From Macrostomum lignano (lineage: Eukaryota), in assembly GCA_002269645.1 (NCBI GenBank), contig NIVC01000227.1:62001-126000 (forward strand): a DNA stretch of 64,000 nt, given 5' to 3'. A model generated the notes under the pieces. It was not told where the DNA came from and made no database searches. It worked only from the letters and a program-made list of their open reading frames with translations. The stretch's first letter is position 1. Each line of letters begins with the position of its first letter. This document shows positions 54,846 to 64,000 of the stretch, piece after piece. Position numbers and translations under genes: made by a program.

Positions 54846-57800
54846 TCACTGGGGTTCGATCACCAGAGTCGTGCCTTGAGAATGTGAGTCGCATTTGCAG
54901 TTCGTGGAAAGGTTGCCGTACTCGTCTCTGCAGCTGAGCTTTTGTCCGACTGCCACGCAACTGTAGTCTGCTGTGACACACTTGTCCACTGCCAAATAGT
55001 GGGGATTTGTTATAATAATTACTGCACACTTGTCCACTGCCAAATAGTGGGGATTTGTTATAATAATTACTGCACACTTGTCCACTGCCAAATAGTGGGG
55101 ATTTGTTATAATAATTACTGCACACTTGTCCACTGCCAAATAGTGGGGATTTGTTATAATAATTACTGCACACTTGTCCACTGCCAAATAGTGGGGATTT
55201 GTTATAATAATTACTGCACACTTGTCCACTGCCAAATAGTGGGGATTTGTTATAATAATTACTGCACACTTGTCCACTGCCAAATTGTGGGGATTTGTTA
55301 TAATAATTACTGCACACTTGTCCACTGCCAAATAGTGGGGATTTGTTATAATAATTACTGCACACTTGTCCACTGCCAAATAGTGGGGATTTGTTATAAT
55401 AATTACTGCACACTCTGCCACTGCCAAATAGTGGGGATTTGTTATAACAATTACTGCACACTTGTCCACTGCCAAATAGTGGGAATTTGTTATAATAATT
55501 ACTGCACACTTGTCCACTGCCAAATTGTGGGGATATGTTATAATAATTACTGCACACTTGTCCACTGCCAAATAGTGGGGATTTGTTATAATCTGAATCT
55601 GCCTCAGTGCCTGAATCTGAACATGCGTATACCCTCTACCCCAGAATCTGCTCTACAGACTTTCAATACCATTGAATCTACCTAAAACCTTTGCGATTTT
55701 ACTTTCTGCTCAGGCAGTTCCCAAACTTATTATCAGAACTTTTACTCACACTTCATTGCCGGAAGAAATTTCTTGGTGGGGAAGAAAGACTTCTCATATT
55801 TGAAGCAGTGACGCGGCTTGTCGACGGGCAGGTACTGAACTCCACTGAATGGGCTGGTGGCGACATTTTCTGCAGTGTGAAAAGTTTTAAGATGGACAGG
55901 GAAACGTTGAAAAGGTGAGATCGGTGTGGGATCGGTGTGGGATCAGTGTGGGATCAGTGTGGGATCGGGAATCACTTAGGTAACTGTAGGTCAGTAAAGA
56001 CGCTTTTCATTACAAAAAGCGCCAAAAAAGGTCTCACACATAAAAACAACTCACTGCAGTCTTCACGGTGCTCAAAAGTCTTCTTTTTCGTGCACTTTTT
56101 AGCGGCATCGAACTTAAATTCGATCCGAAATTTGAGAATATTATTGAAAAGGCAACCCCCGTCCCCGTACTGCTGGCGGACGACCTTCTCTTCGCAGAGT
56201 TTGGGACTCGGCTCCATCTGCACGCAGAGCGCACCAGCGAGCTTCTGAGCAGTGCTCACAAACGAAGAGTGGTCTGGGATCAGGAAGGCGTTGCTGTCGG
56301 ACTCGGGAGCTGTGAGAACCCTGATGAATCTGCAGTGTGGACAAGGATAAGTGTGGGATAAGTGTGGGATAAGTGTAGGATATGACGTGCTATTTGATCA
56401 ACGAATTGCCATCCCTTCAAAGTTGAGAGCACAAGTTATGTGCTTTCTCCATGATTTCCATCCAGGAATCCAAGCAATGAAGGCTTGGGCGCGGCAGTAC
56501 GTGTGGTGGCCAAATATGGAGGCGGAGATTGAAAAGTGCGTGGCCGAGTGTCACACGTGTCAACGCCTAAGACCGTCACAGAAAGCTGTGACCGTGGCCA
56601 GTGCCAAAGGAAGCCTGGTGCCGAGTGCATGCTGACCTAGGTCAATTAGAAGGAAGAAATTTTCTCGTGGTCTCGGACGCCAAGACTGGATTTATTAGCA
56701 GCCATCATCAAAGTGCTGCGAAGAACGTTTTGCAACTTTGGCATCCCGGAAGTACTGGTTACTGACAATGGACCGCAGTTCCTTGCCAGTGAAACAGAAG
56801 CCTGGTTGAAGCGAACTGGAGTGCTACACCTCAAGTCACCCAGATACCATCCCGCTTCGAATGGAGTAGCCGAGGTAGCAGTCAAAAGGCTGAAGACCAA
56901 GCTAAAACAGCTAAACGATCCAGACCCGGAAGTTCGAATGCAACAAGCTTTGTACGCCATTCGAGTCTGCCCAAGAGCCAACGATGTCGCTCCGTGTCGA
57001 GAAATGTTTGGGAGCCAGTTTAATACTAGACTGTCACTGCTACATCGTCGGTCGTTCCAGGACAAGAAAACAGTACAAACTCACAATCCTGTTTGGGTCC
57101 AAGATCCCTTCAACAAGGAGTGGAGAGAGGGAGTATTTCAAGAAGCGGTTGGAGAACAGCTGAGACGAGTACAGGACCATAGAGGACGAGATCTGGTGGT
57201 GCACCGGAACCATGTCAGAGACAGAGCCGAGGCTGAAACCCACAAGCCTATCGAAGACGATGGAGAACCAAGTTCTATTCAACCTTCGGAGTCCAGGTAC
57301 CCAGTGCGGATCCGGAGAGCACCAGACAGGTACCAAGCATCTTGAAGGAAAGAGGGATAATATGACGTGACTATAATATTGATATTATTTTAACTGCATA
57401 TGCAGTTTGACGCGTTTTGTTTTATCTATGGACTAAATGAAGCTGCCAAAACAGGCTTGGGTTAAAAGCCCGCAGTGAGAATGTGAAATAAAGAGAAATA
57501 AGAGCAATACTAAGAACCCTTGAGCAGCGTAAAACTCTGCTATGATATCAGCACTAATAATTAATGCCTTAAGCATATTGAAGTAACCTGAAAACATAAC
57601 AGTGTGGGATAAGTGTGGGATACAATCGCTGGTAGGGACACTCACCTATGCGATTCGCGGGTCACCCCAATAGCGTAGGCAGTGATAGACTGCTCAGCAA
57701 GCACTTCGTAGACCTTAACCTTGCTTCTAATGAGATTGCTGTTTCCAGAAGTTAACAGCACCAGGTGATTGTTCTTGTGACTCTTTGAGCTGTAGCCGTT

Positions 57801-60161
57801 TTTCAAATGATTCACGGCCATCTCAATGGCAGGGTAAGATTCTCTGTTTGCGCGTATATCCTCGCTTGCCATGTTGATCCCGTCGATGATTGCGAGAATT
57901 TCTGCTTTGGTTTTCTTTTGGCTCAGACTCAAAATCTGATAGGCTTTATTGAAAGAGTAAAAAGTGAAAATGGCGACTTTCACGGGGCTGTCGCTTCGGC
58001 CAATGTCAAAGAAGCCAATGATGGCTTTAGCGGCGTCTTTCAGCTTCTGAAAGTCGGCTGCCTCGGACCGGGTGATGTCCAGCACAAGTGCGATATCGGC
58101 TGGGGCCTTGCTTTGACAGGTGCTGGTCATGTCTATAGGGAGAAAAGTTTGTAAGTAGGTGAATCCGGGTTTCTGAGGGTAGATAGATGGTAGCTGTATC
58201 GATAGGCAAGTCCATCACTTACTGCAAAACACGTAATCAACAATGTTATGCGTGTGGCATTTCATGCGACGATTTTCAAAGTAGGTCCACGAGCTCACGA
58301 TGGATGCACGTTTCTTATCATCGCAGGCGCTAACCGACATCTGCACCTTGCTGCAGCTCTGACCACTCTCTTCTGCAAAACAGTTTTATTGGTAAACAGT
58401 ATGTGCACAGGTGACTCATGATGCGGCACAACACCCTCCTCCAAGCCACCACTGAACCACAGCACCCACCATAACACGGCACCTGGCAACTCAGAGCATC
58501 GCCATCTCACTGCTACCACCACCCCATAGCACACAATTTCCCAAAGCACCCACCACCGCACTGCACTCACCACGCCACTGCACCCACCCCCTAACTGCAC
58601 CCACCACCTCACTGCACCCACCTCCCCACTGCACCCACCACCCCACTGCACCCACCACCCCACAGCACACAATTTCCCACAGCACTCACCAACCCACTAC
58701 ACTCACCACCCCACTGCACCCAACACCTCACAGCACCCAACACCTCACAGCACCCAACACCTCAAAACACCCACCACCCCACAGCACCCACCACCTCAGA
58801 GCACCCGCCACCCCACTGCACCCACCACCCCACAGCACCCAACACCCCACAGCAGCAACCACCTCACGGCACCCGCCACCCCACTGCACCCAACACCCCA
58901 TTGCACCCACCACCCCGCAGCACCCGCCACCCCACAGTACCCGCCACCCCACAGCATCCAACACCCCACAGCACCCAACACCTCACAGTATCCACCACGA
59001 TACAGTACCCCCGATCCCACCACATTCACCTTACTAGTAAATAGCCGCAGTCAATACAGGCAACTAAAAAAGTAAAACTTCAAAACTCACTGCAGCTTTC
59101 TACTTTCCGCGAAAGGTTTATCCTGCACCTCATGGGGGTAGGCAAGGTGAAGTCTTTTGATATCTTGCTCTCGTAAGAGTAGCGAACGCCGTCCATACAA
59201 GGCCCAGTGTACTTGCTTGTCTTCAAGAACCTGCAGTCGCCGCAGACTCGGCGGTAGTTCAGAGCCCTCGATACCTCGAACGCTTTGTCAATACCAAGAG
59301 ACAGACGGCAGTTGAAGCCCTGCATTGTGAAGAGCAGCCTCCTGGGAAAAAAATAGTGCGACTTGTTTGATCTGTGACAACGTTGCATTGTAATGAAAAT
59401 ATTAAAGGGCTCACATTTCTACTCTTAGTAGCCTATATGGACCAATGACAATGATTTTGATATGCACCGACTCTGTCAGGCATGATCACATTCATTCTGA
59501 GCAGCGTAAAGTTGTGGGGAATCGAACCCTGTCTGGTCTGCTGTTAAATCTGCTACTCTGCTCACCTGTGCCAGGGACTACCGATGCCGATCACGTGAAA
59601 TCCGATTCTCTTCATCTTCATGCGGAACACGTGTTGTCGGGCGTTTGCCATGCTTAGAGCGTTCGGCTCGGGGTACTTGTCCAAGATGTCTTCCTGTCGG
59701 CCGTCCATCACCAACATCAAGTTGAACATGGCTTGCTTCGGCCTCAGCTGGGGCAACAGCCGGTCCCACACCAGCTTCACTGGGGCCTCGAAGTCCGTCT
59801 TGCCGCCCACAAACTCCAGCCGGTTCACAGCGTTCACAAAGTCCTCTGCCGTCACCGTGTCATTAAAGTCCAGCACGAGACGGGCGTGCTGGGCGTAGGT
59901 CACCAGAGCCATTCGGGTCTTCGTCTGCGACACCTTGAACCGGCTGGGCAGCTGGCGGAGGAATGGCTTCAGCTTTTCGAACTCGGCGGCATTCGACGAC
60001 GAGGACGCGTCAACGCAGACCACGACGTCCAGGCGCTGGTGGCACTTGTCGTCCTTGTCATCGGCGCCGCTCGCTGCAGAGCAGCAGAGGAGCGCGAGCA
60101 GCGCCAGCGATAAGCTGGTTGAACCCAGGGGCCTCCGCGGTGAGCAGCGCCTGCTTGGCAT
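54846..60161 (-). CDS. Secreted protein with two von Willebrand A domains and Cys-rich modules (~623 aa using the proximal last acceptor)
   Basis: Exons 60161-59566, 59341-59091, 58132-57646, 56329-56055, 55869-55750 and 54988-54846 are phase-compatible. Signal-peptide-like [17 protein letters not shown], vWA1 [11 protein letters not shown] and vWA2 [12 protein letters not shown] likely 5' UTR exon has its donor at 60537/60536. Confidence 0.82.
54977..55592. repeat. 48-bp tandem array containing 13 copies of the vWA gene's last 3' splice site
   Basis: The unit (minus strand) is ..cactatttggcag|tggacaagtgtg... Acceptors run from 55564 to 54988 at exact 48-bp spacing, and the frame is stop-free. 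Confidence 0.9.
56383..57601 (+). mobile_element. 5'-truncated Gypsy-type element: frameshifted integrase, PPT and ~240-bp 3' LTR, inside a vWA-gene intron (antisense)
   Basis: [29 protein letters not shown], frameshifts, then [21 protein letters not shown]. The purine tract aaggaaaagaggga follows the stop at 57345. TG at 57363 runs to CA at 57601 with an internal AATAAA. Confidence 0.82.
58440..59030. repeat. CA-rich degenerate minisatellite (cacccaccaccccactg/cag)
   Basis: Tandem degenerate units in vWA intron 58133-59090. Confidence 0.8.
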
Positions 60162-60224
60162 GGCCTTGATTGCTGGCTGGTCTGTGCGGTGCGAGCAGAA
60201 TTGGATTGGGATGCTCTGGAACAG

Positions 60225-60480
<256 letters not shown>

Positions 60481-61195
60481 TGTAAATGCAATGAAAGGCA
60501 GTAAAACACAAGGCATAATATAAATTATTTGCTTACCTGGATTAAGATTCGCTCACTATATAGAACAATGCAGACAGCAAAAAACTCCACAATAGCTTAT
60601 TAATTAGTTGCTATGCAAGTGGTGTTGCAGTGCGGTAGTCTTGGCTTATAAAATCAGCTCTGCTAATTTGCACGTCAATATGCTAGCGTAATTCCGGCTG
60701 CTACTGAGCGAATTATCATCCCTCTGCCCCACGACCTGCTCCACGGACTGAACTCCAGCAATTTGTCTGTGGCCAATGGGGGCTCCCGGCTGCGCGTTTA
60801 AAAATTCGGTTTTGTCTATGGGCGAAACTTAACCATGCCACCGCTAATTTGGTGCATTCCATTTGATGTAACCACGCTCTGGTCGCGGGATATGGCAAGG
60901 AAAATTTTTCGAAAGACCTCCAATCTCCGTGCACCTACTGGGCAGAGCCGTCGAGACTGGGCCAGGTCTTTGACCAGCAGGCCTGCAGACTCCCGCTCTG
61001 CTACATCCCCCTGCTGTCTCGTCTCTGTCTCCCACTCCGCCTTTCCGGAGCCCCCTTTTCTTACTGCAACTCATCCGCCTCCCCGTTTCCCATACGCTCT
61101 ACCCTATCTACCATGTACTTCTCCCGCTTCCCTTCTTTTTGTCTCATTTGCTGTCCCCCTCTCATCCCGTGCCTACTTACAGTACTTTAGGCGCT

Positions 61196-61738
61196 TGACG
61201 TCACCCCACCCCTTAATAAACTCCCAAGGGGTGACGCAAGGCCTCTGACCCCCTCCTTCCCCTCGATGACTCATCGATGACTCATCACCCCCTCTTGCGC
61301 AACCTCTTCTCATGCCATTGTTCTCCTCCCAAGATTTCTCATGCGACACCAACCCCACCTCCGCTTCTATTGTTCTCGTTTTTTATTCTTTTGTTCTCGT
61401 TTTCGCACCTTAATAGCACCTTTTCCCCAATGTTTGCTTTTCTATTGTTCTCGGTTCTCGCCAATTATCCCCGATTTCCATTTCCTTTGTTCTCGAACCC
61501 AGACCCATTGTTCTCAATGTTTGCTTGCGCAACACTTTCTCGACCTCCCGCTGCCCAATTATCCCCCACCCCACCTCCGAATTGCGCAATTTCCCAATTT
61601 CTCATGTTGCTATGCCGTTCTCATGCTTCTCATCATGACTCATTCTGACGTCATTTCGTCGGCAGCCAATCAGATAGAGCGAGTCATGGAAACGACCCTG
61701 GTGGTCCGGAACGCCACAGGCCGCATCTGAATGACTCA
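61196..61738. promoter_or_regulatory. Cluster of AP-1 (TGACTCA x4) and CRE (TGACGTCA x2) motifs plus CCAAT upstream of the Penelope-like ORF
   Basis: TGACGTCA at 61196 and 61646. TGACTCA at 61267, 61278, 61636 and 61732. CCAAT at 61666. Confidence 0.45.
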
Positions 61739-62232
61739 CCCAGCACCTTTGAGCAGCCCGGTTCGCTCATCATCAGCAGGGACTGCCGGAACCTGGTCCT
61801 CTGCCCAAAGCCTTTCGAGGGCCTCAAACTGCCGGCAATCACAGAGGTGCATGTATACTCACTGTCAGCCTTACCATCTCTACTGAGGTCTGCCGCCCTG
61901 CGGAACCGGCAGTGCGCTCGGTCAACGGTGCTGGTCCTGCCGGACGAGCTGCTCAGCACAGACCACTGGCGAGAGCCGCTCTCTGAGGCTATCGATCTAC
62001 TGAGAGCGGACAGTCTGGCACGTAAGATCCTTCTGGTTCCGCCCTTTGCCAGCGATGAAGATTTGACTCAATTTTTGAGTAAGAAAGTCTCACCTGTTAC
62101 TTTTATTGCCTCTCCTCCTCTTAAACCAATTGTATCCTTCTCAGCGCCTGACTTTATACTGGCGCTGGCTTCCTGGCTGAGAACTTTAAACTAGCTGACT
62201 ACTGTAGGCCTCCCAAACTGGAAGGCAACATT

Positions 62233-63875
62233 TTGAATCTACACCCTACCTTCAAACTCTCCGAGTCTGAGACGAGGCTGCTAGATAGGGGACTCAATTT
62301 TATCCCAACCCAAGCCCTTGATTTGGATGATCTGAGGAACTGCGTGACGGAATTTCATCGTAAACTTTTCTGGAAAGACTTTTTCAAAAAGAGGGGTCTC
62401 GCCAATGCCAGTCCGCCCCCTTTCACCGGGAAATCAGTGAAGGAGGTCTCCCCCAGACTTAGAAGTGATCAGTGCAACTTGTTTGTGCTTGAGAACCAAA
62501 AACTGGTAGAGAATTTGACAACGGTACAGATCAAAGGCAACCTAGAGGCACCAGAGACCAGAGCGATTCAGGGGCTCAAGCGAAACAGCTCCGTCCTAAT
62601 AAAAAAGGCGGACAAAGGTAACGCAGTGGTCATCATGCACCCCAAAGGATTACGAATTCGCAGCCTACAACCAAATGCTGGACACCAATGCCTATCAGCA
62701 GCTGGACCAGCCATTGCAACCCGAGACTGCGGGAATTATCAGGGGGATCTTCCTCGATTTATGTAACAGAAAGCTCATATCTAAGAAACAGTTTTCTTTT
62801 CTTTGTCCCGGAGAGAACTTCCGTCCCCGGCATTTCTACCTGCTCCCAAAAATTCACAAGGACCCGGCCACCTGGCTGATCCCCTTTCGGGTCCCAGCAG
62901 GCAGACCTATCGTTAGCGGATGCAGTTCTGAAGCAATTGGGGCAGAAAAGTACATAGACTTCTTTCTAAAACCGATTGCCCAAGCGCAACCCACTTTCAT
63001 TAAGGACTCCTATGACTTCAAGGCACACCTTATGGATAAATGCTGCACGGAAGGTTCGACTCTGGCAACTTGTGATGTCCAGAGTCTGTACTCCATGATC
63101 CCTATAGACCAGGGTATTGCAACGATCCAGGAATTCTTTAACCGATACCCGGATCCCATTAGACCGGATGCTGAAATAATAAAGCTACTGGAACTGTGTT
63201 TGTATAGGAATGACTTTGAATTTGACAAAATGATTTTCCTACAACTTAGAGGTACAGCCATGGGACGCATATTTGCGCCCAGCTATGCCTGTCTGTTCAT
63301 GAGCCTCTGGGAGGAAACTGCCCTGAGAACTGCTCTTTATAAGCCGAAAATTTATTTTAGGTACATAGATGATATATTCATTCACTGGAACCACCCGGCT
63401 GAAGCTCTGACAGAATTTGTTCGACACCTAAATTCAATCAACCCCAACATCAAACTCACCGTCAGCTCCTCATCAACTGAGGTCAGTTTCCTTGACATGA
63501 CCATCAAGAAAGCTGAAAACCGCTTCACAACACAACTGTTTTTGAAAGAAACAGACACCCATAGATTGTTGCACCGACAGTCCTTCCATCCGTCACACAC
63601 CTTCAAGGGGGTAGTAAAATCCCAAGTTCTTCGGTACGCCCGTATCTGTGATGACTGTCTTTCAACGACGCTTTCAATTCTTTAAAATCGGAACTCAAGC
63701 AATTAGGGTACTCGAAGATTTTTCTTAGAAACTGCAAAAAGGAGGTCCTCAAACTCATGAACTGGACTGCGGGACGAACGACCAATCTGGGTCTGCTTCC
63801 CAAAGGGTTCCATCCCTGTGGGTCATCCCGCTGCAAATGCTGCACCCACTCACCGCATGCTCTCTCCGCCCAGGG
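62233..63875 (+). mobile_element. Penelope-like retroelement reverse transcriptase (frameshifted; GIY-YIG endonuclease absent in the window)
   Basis: GLNFIPT, IKKADKGNAVV, FYLLPKIHK..AGRPIVSGC, TCDVQSLY, GTAMG..APSYA, YFRYIDDIF, FLDMTI, HPSHTFKGVVKSQVLRYARIC, then PCGSSRCKCC. Frameshifts at ~62645 and ~63658. Confidence 0.85.
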
Positions 63876-64000
63876 TGAAGTGATACATTTTGGCTCTAGA
63901 AAGCTCCCATCCAGATTGAATGTATTTTAACCAATGAATGCGCTCCAAATAGCAAAAGCTGAGGACACGACCCCAACCTCAACCAATGAAAAGCAGTTAT

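Noticed and set aside
54942-55685. Possible CRISPR-like array or Cys-rich plus-strand repeat protein
   Set aside because: The units are contiguous 48-bp repeats with no unique spacers, there are no cas genes, and the context is eukaryotic. The plus-strand ORF is a by-product of the repeat.
60700-62230. Hammerhead ribozyme, often associated with Penelope-like elements
   Set aside because: The CTGATGA at ~61770 (minus strand) lacks a properly placed GAAA and stems by eye. An Infernal search would be needed.

Overview
Eukaryotic (animal) genomic DNA with GT-AG introns, GC-rich exons, AT-rich intergenic DNA, and (GACA)n or minisatellite-filled introns. The style resembles the flatworm Macrostomum lignano; this is an inference and was not verified. 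I reconstructed gene models by hand from splice sites and reading-frame phase. They include a PX-domain SGK3-like kinase (runs off the left edge), HMG-CoA synthase, LRRC51, an orphan Q/P-rich gene, two tandem sorbitol dehydrogenases, Tim8, an orphan 548-aa ORF, a divergent ubiquitin-like-eS30 fusion and a secreted two-vWA protein. Mobile DNA includes a GG-ended MITE with an 8-bp TSD, a full-length tRNA-derived SINE, a LINE remnant, two Gypsy integrase fragments, a solo LTR, hAT-like MITEs and a Penelope-like RT. The main finding is that the separate 'ankyrin' ORF and the two Mab-21 ORFs splice in phase into one ~1169-aa ankyrin-repeat/cGAS-like (cGLR) nucleotidyltransferase with apparently intact catalytic motifs. 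Other highlights are intronic tandem arrays made of repeated splice sites (13 in-frame acceptors in the vWA gene, ~20 donors in SGK) and an exon-limited gene-conversion tract between the SORD paralogs.
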